Source: Octopus sinensis
Lineage: Eukaryota
Reading direction: 5' to 3'
NCBI RefSeq assembly: GCF_006345805.1
Contig: NC_043000.1
Coordinates: forward strand, 109,616,001-109,680,000
DNA length: 64,000 nucleotides
Positions 11,650 through 24,569 of the stretch are shown here, piece after piece; the first letter of the stretch is position 1, and every line of letters starts with the position of its first letter. The notes below the pieces were generated by a model that had not been told where the DNA came from, did not search any database, and worked only from the letters and a program-made list of their open reading frames with translations. The position numbers and the translations under genes were made by a program.

Positions 11650-12449
11650 TCCGATGTATGGTCTTACTGCTATATATATATATATATATACATCGGATGA
11701 TTTTTTGCTGTTTGCTGAATAATATTTATATATTTGATTGCCAATTTGTTTAATTTTTCTCTTATGTTATGTCTAATTTCCCTTTATATCCTTTATTCGT
11801 TTAATAACACTCAATCGCTCTGTAATATATTTAGTATGATATCAAGCACTCAATGAGAGAATTTATGAAGAAACCAGGCATTATGACAACTTAAACGAGC
11901 CCCATAAAAGTCTTCTGTTTATTGTATCAGAAAATTCCGTGCCTTTCAATGACAGGGAACTGGATTACACACCCAGTATTTACTGGAAAACACTCCTTTT
12001 CATATGCATAATGTACCACACTCAGGGGCATATATGCTAGGACTAAATGGGTTTCAAATTTGGGCACAAGGACAGTAATTTTGGGGAAGGGACAATTTGA
12101 TTACATCGACCCCCACAGTAATCAACTGGTACTTATTTTATCTCCCCACTGAAAGGTAAAGTTGACCTCAGAACTGTCACTAAGCATACTGCCTGGTGTG
12201 TGAACGATTCTGCCAGATGGCCACTTTATGCTTGAACTAAATTAAATGAAAATATATATGGCAACCTTCAATTTATCAATGGAAAATGAGAAAAAGATTA
12301 TGAAAGACTTTGTAAAGATTGACACGTGCGAAGGGCAAATATGCAATGAAATATAAAAAAAGGGTTAATATTTGTATACATATATGTATGTGTGGGGGTG
12401 TATGCATACAATATTAATTTCCCGCTTTTTTTTTATTTTTCGTTACCAG

Positions 12450-12653
12450 GACCAAAAAAGGAGATGAGGTTGAACCCCCTCCAACAGATGTCAAAGAGGA
12501 AATGAGTAAAGGTGTACAGCAGATTGAAATGAGTCGTCAACGATTAAAGAAACTGGAATGTGATGGCTCACAGTTAGTGACTAACATCCGCACAGCAGGA
12601 GATTCCCGAGAGAGTCAACGAAGAATACAGTATGAGGAATCTTCACGATTAAG
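12450..12653 (+). CDS. DRC1: DRC1 exon 2
   Basis: cag|G TKKGDEVEPP...SRQRLKKLECDGSQLVTNIRTAGDSRESQRRIQYEESSRL|gtaag; phase 2/2. Confidence 0.93.
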
Positions 12654-12844
12654 GTAAGGTTGGTGACAAGAAGGCATCTGGCTATAAAAAATCTGTATCA
12701 AAAATACTCTTTCCAACCCATGCAAGCATAGACAAGTGGAGGTTAAATGATGACAATGGCTACTCACATTTAATGCTTATTTAGTCTCATTATTTTAAAT
12801 TAATCATGCATTATCTTTTAGCTTCAAGATTTCTATGATCATGA

Positions 12845-13165
12845 TCATCATCATCGTTTAATGTCCATTTTCCATGCTAGCACGGGTTGGATGGTTCGAC
12901 TGGGGTCTGGGAAGCCAGGAAGCTGCACCCAGCTCCAGTCTGATCTGGCAGTGTTTCTTCAGCTGGATGCCCTTCCTAACGCCAACCACTCCGTAAGTGT
13001 AGTATGTGCTTTTTACATGCCACCAGCACAGGCGCCAGGGGAGGCTGGCAAATGGTCATGATTGGTTGGTGCTTTTTACGTGCCACCGGCACAGAAGCCG
13101 GTCAAGGCAGCGTTGGCATCGACCACGTTCGGATGGTGCTTTTTACATGCCACCAGCACAGGTAT
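12845..13165 (-). mobile_element. RTE 3'-UTR-derived repeat
   Basis: CATCATCATCGTTTAA...GGATGCCCTTCCTAACGCCAACCACTC; one of more than 15 copies (e.g. 9070, 16730, 25070, 26150, 29860, 43397, 59640, 61300, 62790). Confidence 0.8.
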
Positions 13166-13399
13166 CACTGCTACAATTCTTTATTTTGAGAATGACATTG
13201 TAGGATAGGTGTGAGAGATCAGATCCAGCCAGCTTGAAGAGAAAGCTCAAAACTGAAAGAGCGTAGAAAAAAAATTTGATAAAAAAATTCCTGTGTCCCA
13301 ACAACAAAAATGTTATTATTTAACTTTGACTTGAAACATTCGTTAAACATTGTTATTGGTCTTAATTATCATTTAATTATTTTTTAATTCTTGTTGCAG

Positions 13400-13451
13400 A
13401 AAAGAAAGAATGGAACATGAAGCTAAAACTTCAGCTGAAAGATTTGAAGAG
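13400..13451 (+). CDS. DRC1: DRC1 exon 3
   Basis: cag|A KERMEHEAKTSAERFEE|gtgag. Confidence 0.93.
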
Positions 13452-13788
13452 GTGAGAAATTAGTGATATTCTTGTTGTAAGGAACTAATCCAGGTTTTAA
13501 AATAGATTAAAAAAAAAAAAACATTGTTAGAAATGTTCAAAATTCCTTGGGTTAGTGAGAAACCCTAAACTTATGCCATATTAAGAACAAATGAACTTTG
13601 TGGAACTAATCTGTCTGCACAGAGATGGCTGTGTGGTAAAGAAACTTGCTTTGCAACCATGTGGTTTCAGCACCTTGGCCAAGTGACTTGTACTATAGCC
13701 CTGGGCCAAATGGTGCCTTGACAGAAACTGTGCAGAAGCCTATTGTATATATATATATATATATATGTGTGTGTATATATATTTTTTT

Positions 13789-14186
13789 CTCTTTTACTTG
13801 TTTCAGTCATTTTGACTGCAGCCATGCTGGAGCACCGCCTTTAGTCGAGCAAATCGACCCCGGGACTTATTCTTTGTAAGCCTAGTACTTATTCTATCGG
13901 TCTCTTTTGCCGAACCGCTAAGTGACGGGGACGTAAACACACCAGCATCGGTTGTCAAGCAATGCTAGGGGGACAAACACAGACACACAAACACACACAT
14001 ACATATATATATATACATATATACGACAGGCTTCTTTCAGTTTCCGTCTACCAAATCCACTCACAAGGCATTGGTCGGCCCGGGGCTATAGCAGAAGACA
14101 CTTGCCCAAGATGCCATGCAGTGGGACTGAACCCGGAACCATGTGGTTGGTTAGCAAGCTACTTACCACGCAGCCACTCCTGCGCC
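13789..14186 (-). mobile_element. ~400-bp tRNA-headed SINE with internal (TA/TG)n, second family
   Basis: Head GGCGCAGGAGTGGCTG..GGTTCAGTCCCAC..CTTGGGCAAGTG; tail AAACAAGTAAAAGAG. More than 12 decayed copies elsewhere (e.g. 7425, 20875, 22860, 30235, 56690, 58380, 63350). Confidence 0.85.
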
Positions 14187-15254
14187 TATATATATATATA
14201 TATATATATGATATGTGACAATTAGTTGGTTGTCATAATCCGAAACTCTGAGTTTATATATATAATCATCATCATTTTATTCCATGGCTGTCTGCCTTTT
14301 CTATTGCCAACCTTTTCCATTTCACCTATTTCCAAGCAAAGTAATATTCCCCATGGCTGGACATGCTTCCTTGGAAGATAGGAAAGGAAGGACATCCCTT
14401 TTATGACTGTCACACTTGCTTATAAGTCACACGATGTGACAGAAAGGGAACACTGACACACACACACAACACACATATACACGTGTGTGTGTATGCAAAT
14501 GATTTCTTTCAGTTTCCATCAAGCAAATCCACTCACAAAGCTTTGGCCAGTTCAAGGGCTATAGTAGAATGTACTTGCCCAGCTACCATGCAGTGAGACT
14601 GAACCCAAGACCCTGTGGTTGGGAAACAACTTTTTTATCCAGGTGTAGTCCCAAGAATTTTTCAAAGGGAAGACACAAGGTCAGAAGAGAATACAATCCC
14701 AGGAGAAAAGGGCGTAAGAACATTATTTAGACGGGCGCATTTCTTTTTCTTGAGGGGGCACGTGACCCCTGGAGAAAAGGGTGTAATAACATTATTTAGA
14801 AGGAGGCACGTGGCCCTTGGGTCCACTTCTGTAACCACACAGCCATGCTGGTGCTTATTTAGAATTGATTCAGTGACAGGAAATAAAGCAGAGAATATTG
14901 TGAGTCAACCAAATACAATTCAAAGTTGCCCTCTAGAAAATGTTTGTCCATCCATCTAAGATTTTCTTGACCCCTATTCCTTGGAAGGTTGTAGGGTTAG
15001 AGTCCTTATACACCTCCACCACAGGGTCCTGTCATTACACCTTCCTGCTGGATTCCCAACCATGACCAACCAACTGAAATTAGGGATATTATCTAACCAT
15101 CTCATTCTTGGTCTTCTTCTAAGTCTCCTGCCATGAAAAACTTTAAATTCTTTGGATTTCTTTCTTGTTTAAAAGAATTATTATTTTTCTTTGATGCTAA
15201 TATTTTAATTTCAATTTCATTTCCATATGTAATAATGTTTCTGAATTGGATAAG

Positions 15255-15311
15255 ATCAACAAAAAATGGGAAATCACCATGCAAAAGGACGTCCCACATT
15301 CGCTCTTTGAG
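15255..15311 (+). CDS. DRC1: DRC1 exon 4
   Basis: aag|INKKWEITMQKDVPHSLFE|gtaat; aligns to human ITSKWEEGKQKRIPQELWE; weak AAG acceptor. Confidence 0.85.
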
Positions 15312-15984
15312 GTAATTTTTTTGTCTTCTTCTTTTTCTTTCTTTCTTTCTTTGTCACTTGTTTCATTAATTAATGTGCTTTATCAAACTATTAATTAGAT
15401 GTTAATTCTGCCTTGAAACATTGAGCTAAAAGGCCACTTTCCATGGTGTTTAAGTGACAGAGACCACAGCACTCCCCTAAGTGGGACATGAGTCTGGGAC
15501 ATCACAGAGTTACTGAATGGTCTGGAGCCACATGAAATGAAGTGTTTTGCTCAAGAATGCAATGCACAGCCTGGTCTGGAAATCAGAACCACGTTCTTAT
15601 GGTTGGAAGTACAGTATCCTAACCATTAGGTCATACAGCTTCCCTTAATAAATGGTAAATTTTACTAAAAAAAAAAAAGAACCTTGCCCAGGCTGGCTTT
15701 TTTAGGCACAGGTCTACCCAACTGATCATCATCATCATCATCAATATCACCATCATCATGGTGATTATCCTATTACTCATACTGCAACCGTGGGCTTTGG
15801 TGTTTAAGATCTCCAGCTTTTCAACCTCTCTCGTTGATTTTGTTTGGTTGGACAACTGTGATTGTTCCCTAAGACAATCATGTACACACTATTGTCATGT
15901 TAAAGATAGTGATGATGATGGTGATTATTATTATTATAAAGAGGGGGAAGGAAATAGGAATGACAAGGAGGACAAAGATGAAAA

Positions 15985-16105
15985 GTGATGATGATGATGA
16001 TTGCGGTTGTGGTGGTGATGATGATTGTGGTTGTGGTGGGGATGATGATGATGATGATGATGCTGATTGTGGTTGTGGTGGTGATGATGATGATTGTAAT
16101 GGTAG
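15985..16105. repeat. Compound (GAT)n/(TGTGGTGGT) higher-order microsatellite just upstream of DRC1 exon 5
   Basis: Direct read. Confidence 0.9.
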
Positions 16106-16143
16106 TGATACAAACATGTAACTATATTTCCGTCCTCTTCCAG

Positions 16144-16218
16144 GCTCTGGAAGAACAGAAGAAGGCATGTGATGTTTTATTGGACGAAAAAAACAAACTG
16201 ATCAATGACTTCCAGCTG
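16144..16218 (+). CDS. DRC1: DRC1 exon 5
   Basis: cag|ALEEQKKACDVLLDEKNKLINDFQL|gtaag. Confidence 0.95.
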
Positions 16219-16316
16219 GTAAGAAACAACTTTTTCTTTGGAAAACAAATCCTGTTCCACTTCTAAGGATTTCTTGGGAAGTAGCACCATTTCTAAATTC
16301 TTTCTACATGGGGTGA

Positions 16317-16658
<342 letters not shown>

Positions 16659-17647
16659 TAAATGTGTGTGTGTGTGTGTGTGAATATAATTATATCTGCC
16701 TGTCTGTCTATCTATTTGTCTCTCCTCATCATCATCATTTAACATCCATGTGCCGATGGCAAGTTAAACGCACCATTCGAGCGTGATCGTTACTGCGTCG
16801 CCTTACTAACACTTGTGCTGGTGGCATGTGAAACATTCGAGCGAGGCCATCGCCAGTGCCGCTGGACTGGCTCCTGTGCAGGTGGTACTTAAAAAGCACC
16901 ATTTGGGTGTGACCATTGCCAGTTCCACCAAACTGGCCCTCATGCCAGTGGCACATAAAAAGCACCCACTACACTCTTGGAGTGGTTGGCATTAGGAAGG
17001 GCATTCAGCTGTAGAAACACTGCCAGATCAAGATTGGAGTCTGGTTTGCCAGACCTCAGTCAAATCGTCCAACCCATGCTAGCATGGAAAGCGGACGTTA
17101 AATGATGATGATGATGTTCCAGGATAGCATGGATTGGAAGGTTCAGTAGTATTCGGTGAGTCTCCATTTGTTTTGACATGTTTCTATGGTTGGACGCCTT
17201 TCCTGGCACCAACCACTCTACAGAGTGTAATGGGTGATTTAGTCCTGGCACCAACACTAGTGAGGTCACCAAAATAACTCAGAAGACAAACCCTCTTGAC
17301 TGAGTGGAGGGTGTCGTAGAGACAGCAGCGGCTTTGTACCAGGTGAGGACAAAATAAACTATGACAGGGAAACAGGAACAGGTGTCTGACTGTAGAGGAT
17401 ATATATGAGTATCGCACCTGGAAAAAGAGAAAAAGGGGTTATGGCACAGCCTCAAAGTACAGAAGGAGTTGTGAACTGCATGGTGACATAGTGCCATGTA
17501 GAAGCACTCAGTTCATGCTATGAAGGGTTGGCATCTGGAAAGGCATCCAGTCATAGAAACCATGCCAAGGTAGACTTTGGAGCTCAATACAGTCCATAGA
17601 TACATTGGATCCTGTCAAAATGTCCAACTCATGCCAGTATGGAACAA

Positions 17648-17859
17648 GGCAGCGAGCTGGCAGAATGGTTAGCATGCCAGGTGAAATGCTTAGCAGTATT
17701 TCGTCTGCCGCTACGTTCTGAGTTCAAATTCCGCTGAGGTCGAGTTTGCCTTTCATCCTTTTAGGGTCAATAAATTAAGTACCAGTTATGCACTGGGGTC
17801 AATGTAATCAACTTAATCACTTTGTCCTTGTTTAGCCCCTTGTGGGCAATAAAGAAATA
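17648..17859 (+). mobile_element. tRNA-derived SINE with conserved central domain (MetaSINE-like)
   Basis: GGCAGCGAGCTGGCAGAA head; GAGGTCGAGTTTGCCTTTCATCC...AAGTACCAG core; AATAAAGAAATA tail; TSD AGTATGGAACAAGG. Confidence 0.85.
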
Positions 17860-18025
17860 AGTATGGAACAAGGGTGCTAAATGATGATGAATAAGGGTAA
17901 AGGATCAGAAAATGTAGGTGGATAAGTCTGCAAGTACAAAAGGACAGTAACAGAGGATAAGAAATGGGGAGAGAAGGACCTTACACTGGGAAAAATGTAA
18001 CAATATTTTATTTATTTGGATTTAG

Positions 18026-18235
18026 AGAGTCTACTTAAGAGAACGGGAGGAGATTATGAAACTGCACCGCCAGAGATGGGACAAGAAGATGAAAAAACGT
18101 CGAGGGAAAGAACTAGAATATCTGGAAATTAGTCAGAAACGTATTGGAGAATATGAAGAGTTAATCCACCAAGTTCGGATCCAAGATGCTGAAGAATACC
18201 AAAAAGTGAAACTGAAGCTTGAAACTGAAGTCCAG
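18026..18235 (+). CDS. DRC1: DRC1 exon 7
   Basis: tag|RVYLREREEIMKLHRQRWDKK...KELEYLE...QDAEEYQKVKLKLETEVQ|gtaag. Confidence 0.95.
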
Positions 18236-19007
18236 GTAAGAGATTCTCTGTTGTAGAAAGAATGGTTTATATATATGCTTTGAAGGTTAAGCTGTAATTC
18301 TGAGTGGGTTATGAAACAGCTGTAAGCACTGCAGAAGTATTAAAACTCTTCTTGCCTCTTGCTGCTCTTTGTTTTAGTTGCTTTTACATTTATGTGTGTG
18401 TGTGTCTGTGTGTGTAGAGAGAGAGAGAAAGAAAGAGAAAATATCTTCAGTTAAAATTGTATCAAGGGTCTGCCATGTCCTTCCATTTCCTGCTGCACCT
18501 CCTATAAGACATTTAACAGTAATTCTTCTAGTGAATGATGGAGTAATGTTTGAGACAGAAGTGATGCCCACCCCTACTGTTTGATTGGTGGATTATAAAT
18601 TAAAAGTATAAGAGTTAATTCTGATTGCATGTTACCTTATTTAATCATTTAATTATTTTGTATTTCAACAACTTGAGACATTTAAAAAAAGGTGTCGTTG
18701 TCAAACTAAATAAGATTTAATCCACAAAAGCATTATGCTCTGACACTTACAAATTCTGATGTCCTTATTTTTTATATGGCTTAGTTTAGTTTGGTTTGGA
18801 GTATTTCAATGACAGGTATCTTTCCCTTACAATGTCTTCATCATGCTCTGGCAGAATTAAAAAAAACTATTTGTTCAACCATCTACTAATGGAAGGTCTT
18901 CATAGAATTATTGCATGTCATTTCCTAGAATACAAAAATGAACTCAAAGACACAATTATTGTTTCGTAACAGGTCAGCCCTGATCGAGTAATTCTAAATT
19001 ATATTCA

Positions 19008-19094
19008 GTGTTGTTGTTGTTGTTGTTGTGTTGTTGTTGTTGCTGCTGTTGTTGCTGTTGTTGCTGCTGCTGCTGTTGTTGTTGTTGTTGTTGT
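19008..19094. repeat. (TGT/TGC)n microsatellite
   Basis: Direct read. Confidence 0.95.
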
Positions 19095-19095
19095 C

Positions 19096-19214
19096 ATTAT
19101 TATTATTCAGGTCACTGTCTGGAATCGAACTCGGAATCTTGGGGGTTAAGAGCACAGGCTACTAACCCCAAGATTCCGAGTTCAATTCCAGGCAGTGACC
19201 TGAATAATAATAAT
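19096..19214. mobile_element. Fold-back copy of the tRNA-like head of the hammerhead retroelement family
   Basis: ~50-bp inverted repeat TTATTATTCAGGTCACTG(T)CTGGAATCGAACTCGGAATCTTGGGG / CCCCAAGATTCCGAGTTCAATTCCAGGCAGTGACCTGAATAATAA with a short loop. Confidence 0.75.
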
Positions 19215-19472
19215 ATTCAATGTGTCGTTTTTTTTTGTTTTGTGTTTTTTTAATAATGCTAAAGTGTGATGCATAGAAGATTTAGCTGCTGATTCTAGAT
19301 CAAATGAGTAAGTAAAAACTCCCTTGATGCTGCTGTCCTTTTCGTTAAGCTTTGATTATTGATGGTAATTCAAGAAATATAAACTGATGACTTAATTAGT
19401 TTGATTAAAGATAAACTGATTGACGTGTAAATATTGTTAACTAGTACAAAACATTTGAACTTAATTAATTAA

Positions 19473-19625
<153 letters not shown>

Positions 19626-20679
19626 TAAGGCATTAAGTAAAGGGCAAAGGGCATTTGTTTTTGAAGGAAAGGGTCATTGAGGGTTTCCTTGATTGTCCCT
19701 TAACAACTATCTCTCCCATTTGGGAAGCTTGTTTTTGTAGTTGCTTTTTACACATCGTGGACAAATATCTCTTGCACGCACTCAAACACCGCTGGGATCA
19801 ATTTTTCCTTTCGTCCTTTCTCAGGTGATAAAGTGAAGTACAAGCTGAGTTCCAGAGTTGATGTAATTGACGAACCCCTTGCCCTAAAATTCCTGCTCTA
19901 CTGCCAACATTGGAAACCCAAAAGTGGCAAACGAGCCGAATCAGAAACACAGCAGATAAAAAGGCTTATAGATTATCTCCCTTGGACTGGCTTTCTTTTT
20001 TTTTTTTTGTATTCTTCTACAAAAGTTTATGGCTAACATGATACAATGGCAAACGCAGAAAAAATAGTGTATCGACTTTAATGATGGAACCAGAAGTAGA
20101 TAAAGCTATAAATAAAAGTATATAAATATTGGATTATAAGAAAAAAAAAACTTAAAAAAGCCTCTTGTGATTTCTTTTGTAGAAGACAAATTAACATTTT
20201 TGTTTAAGAATTATGTGTGTATATATATATGTGTGTGTGTGTGTATATATATACATCATCATCATCATTTAACGTCCGTTTTCCAAGCTAGCATGGGTTG
20301 GACATATATATATATATGTATGTATGTATACACACACACATATATTTCTATTCTCCTCATTCCTTCTGCATTTGGAATATTAATGATAATACTAACTTTT
20401 ATAAGTTGCTGTGGTAATTAAAAAGTAATGATCAGATGTTCACAAACATCGGTCATCCAACAACTTGTTGGTACCAATGATGGCAAATAAGAGGGAGTTT
20501 ACTGCTCAATCAATTTGAATTGGGAGCTGGAAGCCTAATGCTGTGTCACTCAGTTATTTTACTGAGTGATGCAGCCTTGTATCACTCAGTCATAGAATGC
20601 TGTATCACTGAGCATCGTGTGACTGAGTAAGAAAGAGTAGCCACATATTGGATGACCAGGGTTTTATAATATTTTCCAG

Positions 20680-20739
20680 GCTTCAAGATGTTCTGAATAA
20701 CATAAAGAGCAAGTTGGCAAAGCAGGAGAAACACTTCAA
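20680..20739 (+). CDS. DRC1: DRC1 exon 9
   Basis: cag|G LQDVLNNIKSKLAKQEKHF AA|gtagg. Confidence 0.93.
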
Positions 20740-21149
20740 GTAGGTATCCATGGTAACCTATCATTTTGGCAGGTTATTTTTTTTTTGTATTTTTTCTGTC
20801 ATCTTTTTTCTTTTCTCCTTTTTGTTTTCCTTTTCTTTTTACTTTATTTTCCCCTTTCTTGTTATTGTTGTTAGCTGTGTGGTTAAGAAGCTTGCTTCCC
20901 ATTCATGTGGTCTCAAGTTCAATCTTACTGTGTGGCACCTTAGGCAAGTGTCTTTTACAATAGTCCTAGGCTGACCAAAGCCTTGAGAGTGGATTTGGTA
21001 GACAGAAACTGAAAGAAGCCCATCGTATGTGTGCACGTGTGTGTGTATCCTTGTCACATGATTTGACATACCATTCTAAATGCTAAAGGGTTAATGAATT
21101 ATCTATAGTTCAAGAAAAAAATTGATGCAGTTTTAGTTTTTACTTTCAG

Positions 21150-21224
21150 AGAGGAAAACCAACAACTTACAGATGATTACAAGCGCCTTACAGAACAGTT
21201 CCAAGACTTGGAAAAACGAGCAAA
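21150..21224 (+). CDS. DRC1: DRC1 exon 10
   Basis: cag|A EENQQLTDDYKRLTEQFQDLEKRA AA|gtatt. Confidence 0.95.
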
Positions 21225-21266
21225 GTATTTATATTACCATTTATATTATAAATATTTATATTACTA

Positions 21267-21647
21267 TTCAAGAGAATACCCTCCATCAGGCATTTGTCAT
21301 ATTCTGAACGCCTTACTTCCCTGGGCATGGATACATTGAAACTCCAATGTCTGGCAGCTGACTTGGCCGACACCCATAAAATTATTAACCATCTTACCAA
21401 CAATAACTCTGAGCACCTTTTCAAACTCCACCTGTCTAACACCCTTGGACATGTTTACAAAGTCAGAAAACAGCACAGCTCCCATGACTTTCGGAAACAT
21501 TTTTTCATGCTAAGAGTTGCTGAAGCATGGAACAAACTGCTGACATCAGTTGTTAGTTTTCAGAGCACTGCATCCTTCAAAACTTCCATGCTTCCTGAGA
21601 TTTGCCAATACTACACCTGATTTTCTCCCCTCCATACACACACAAGC
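21267..21647 (+). mobile_element. CR1-type LINE 3' fragment
   Basis: YSERLTSLGMDTLKL...GHVYKVRKQ...RKHFFMLRVAEAWNKL...FKTSMLPEI; CR1 ORF2 C-terminus. Confidence 0.88.
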
Positions 21648-22068
21648 TGACCATGATATTTATAACAGCCGTGGCAGCTAGAAGGACAAACATACTGCAG
21701 GAGAAATTGTATCTAAATAGGTCAGCTCCTGTCCATTTGAACTTCGCCTGACATGGCTGAGGTCATAGGTCAAAGGGAGACGATTTATCATTTTTTGACA
21801 GGTCAAAGAAAATTTCTTTCACACCTGTTCCTTCGTGGTGGCTCAGACAAGCGAGAATCCTTAGATTCAGTTTTGAATCTAAGCTTGGTGGAAAGACGTG
21901 TTAGTTTTTACAGATACATCAGACTTAATCCTTTGCTTGTCCAAAGTGTTTTCATTAAATTTACCCTAAACCTTCCTGATTGATTTCAGACTTTTGATCA
22001 ATCCTTGTTTCATTCCTTCTGATTTAAGTCCCAAGTTGCTCTGGTGGTCGAAAAAAATTGGGAATGTG

Positions 22069-22342
22069 TTTTTCATGCTAAGAGTTGCTGAAGCATGGAA
22101 CAAACTGCTGGCATCAGTTGTTAGTTGTTGGAGCACTGCATCCTCCAAAACTTCCATGCTTCCTGAGATTTGCCAATACTACACCTGATTTTCTCCGCTC
22201 CATACACACGCAAGCATGTATCTGACTCATACACTGTTCACTTCCCAGATATTTGTACATTACTGCATATGCTTTATATGCACTTTTGAAAAGTTGTGGG
22301 GCACCTGAACACTGTATACAATAATTTCATTATTATTATTAT
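22069..22342 (+). mobile_element. CR1-type LINE 3' end with (ATT)n tail
   Basis: Same family; FFMLRVAEAWNKL...YYT*, 3' UTR and ATTATT tail. Confidence 0.88.
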
Positions 22343-23395
22343 ATACGATTCATGGATGACAGTGAAAAATATGTCCTCTGCATCATATGTAAAAGACAGG
22401 GTTAAGGATAATGAGACTCAAAGATGAGTTGATTGATAATCATAGGATGAAGATGATGTAACTGCCACCCACAAGTAATTATGGCCTGATAAAACCAAAC
22501 CGGTTTCCACTAATTCTTTTCAGTGTTTTTGAAATTACAAATTAATATAGAAAGACAACATGTCAGCTGTCCTTTGTTGCACCAATGAAGCATTGATGAC
22601 AGGACAACAGAGGTGGGCCAAAATACTGGGCCAACACTCAGCTGGTACTCATTTTCAGCTGAGTAGACTGGAATAACATAAAAGGAAAGGCTTTGCTTAA
22701 ACAACACAATGCACTGTCTTCTCCTGGAATTGAACCCATGGGCATATTGATCACTGGCTCAATACCCTAATCACTAAGCCATAAATAAAGATGCTTGTAT
22801 AGATTCTGCTGCAGTCTGGTACAATCTAAAGCAGATGGAAACATTAGACATTTGGCAAAGGAGTGGTTGTGTGGTTCAGAAGCTTGCTTGGCAATCACAT
22901 GGCTATGGGTTCAAGGGTTCAATCCCACTGTGCAGCACCTTGGGCAGGTGTCTTCTACTATAGTTGTTGGCCAACCTTATGAGAAGAATGAAAAGAACAT
23001 GGAAGCCCCTCATGTGTGTGTGTGTGTGTTCCCTACCACTGCCAGCACTTGGCAACCAATATCAATTCCTGTTCATCCCTATAACATAGCAGATCTGCAA
23101 AAGAATCCATTAGTATAAGTACTGGGGACAACTTGTTCAGCTAAGCTCAGCAAATTGGTGCCCCATCATGGCCACAGTCCAATGAGTAAAAGATAAAAGA
23201 TTAATTCAATTGTGATGATGATGATGATGATAGTTTAATTGATTGAATTAAAACCTAGTGTATTACTGGTATTTATTATGTCCCCATTCTTACACCCTGG
23301 GTGATAAATATGAAAAGCCTCAATACTACTCAACACATAATATTTTCTCCTCCTCCTTTTCTCTGAAGTACAACATCCAATTCTATGATTTTTAG

Positions 23396-23545
23396 ACATT
23401 TCATGGCTATCGATCTGAAGAAATTCCACGACTTATGGTGTCTGAATGAAGATATTTGTAAAGACCTGCTACTGAACGGAGTTCTCAGTGCCCAGCGCGT
23501 TATCTTTACCCAGCAGTTGGGATTAGAGTGGAAAATGCCAAACGT
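23396..23545 (+). CDS. DRC1: DRC1 exon 11
   Basis: tag|A HFMAIDLKKFHDLWCLNEDICKDLLLNGVLSAQRVIFTQQLGLEWKMPN GT|gtaag. Confidence 0.95.
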
Positions 23546-24474
23546 GTAAGTATTCAGGATGAAGGGATGTCTGGATTGGTTCAAAGAACAATAGAAGTCT
23601 GTGTGAAGTTCTAAATGCAAAATATTCATTGTGAACTAAAAAAAAATGTTGTTGTGACAAGATTTTGGCACCAACTGAGTCTTTTCGTGCGTGACGTGTT
23701 GGTAATGGTAGTAACTGTTTAATTTCATAGCTGAATGAATGGTGTAAATTTTGCGGCCATTAATCTTTACTGTGTCACAGCCACTGGTCAAACCAGACAA
23801 ACCATCTGTATATACCTAAGGATCTGCCAAAGAAAAGGCACCAAAGACCAAATTGTTAATGAAATTTCAGTATGTTTATCCCAAAATGCTTGTTTACCAC
23901 AACTGAGATTCTAATGAATTAAGCATCTACTGGGTCTATTGTGTTTTTGCCGGTCAATCCAGGGACTGATAAAAATAAGTTCTTAATGTATGTACCAGAG
24001 AACTGAAGGGTTAGTTGCTTGCCAACATCATCAATCCTTAACTGGATCCTGATCATATCTGAACACAGTAATTTCAGGTTCAATTCCCAGGCAGTAAGTT
24101 AGTGTTTTGAACTCTACCACTATTCTTACTACATATTGATAACAGTTAATTATGTAATATTTTCCTTACATAGCATTAAGTAAGATTCCATATCAGATTG
24201 TTATACCATTCATTTAGATGTGAACTTAAAGAGAGAGTTCTTGAATGGTCACTCAGCCTGCTATAAAGAGCCAAAAGTTCCCTTAAGCTTTATGAACCAA
24301 AGAAGGGGCCACTACATTGTTGCACAAACTACTTTGAAATCTCCTTCAAATCAATGACACCTTTAAAAAAAGGGTCATAGACCATGCCCTTCATCCTCTG
24401 ACAATGCCTTAAAAAAAATACAGAACCATTCAGAAAGTTGAAATTGAAGCCATAAAAATGTTCTCTTCCAACAG

Positions 24475-24569
24475 ATCTTTTACCGAAAATAAAGGACCAA
24501 TAAAATATGGTCAGATAGATGTCAGTTTTTCAGCAACCCAAATTTTGAGCCATGTTTTACTATCAAAAG
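24475..24569 (+). CDS. DRC1: DRC1 exon 12
   Basis: cag|A SFTENKGPIKYGQIDVSFSATQILSHVLLSK G|gtaag; aligns to human NNVGPI...SATQI. Confidence 0.88.

Noticed and set aside
15897-16266. Low-complexity ORFs in the track (poly-D/CGCGG, poly-M/V), and similarly 19008, 39257, 40298, 48037, 61951
   Set aside because: These are translations of micro- or minisatellites.
19385-19430. Other CTGATGA occurrences (1388, 1455, 19385, 27461, 29521, 52730) as hammerheads
   Set aside because: No helix II followed by GAAA.
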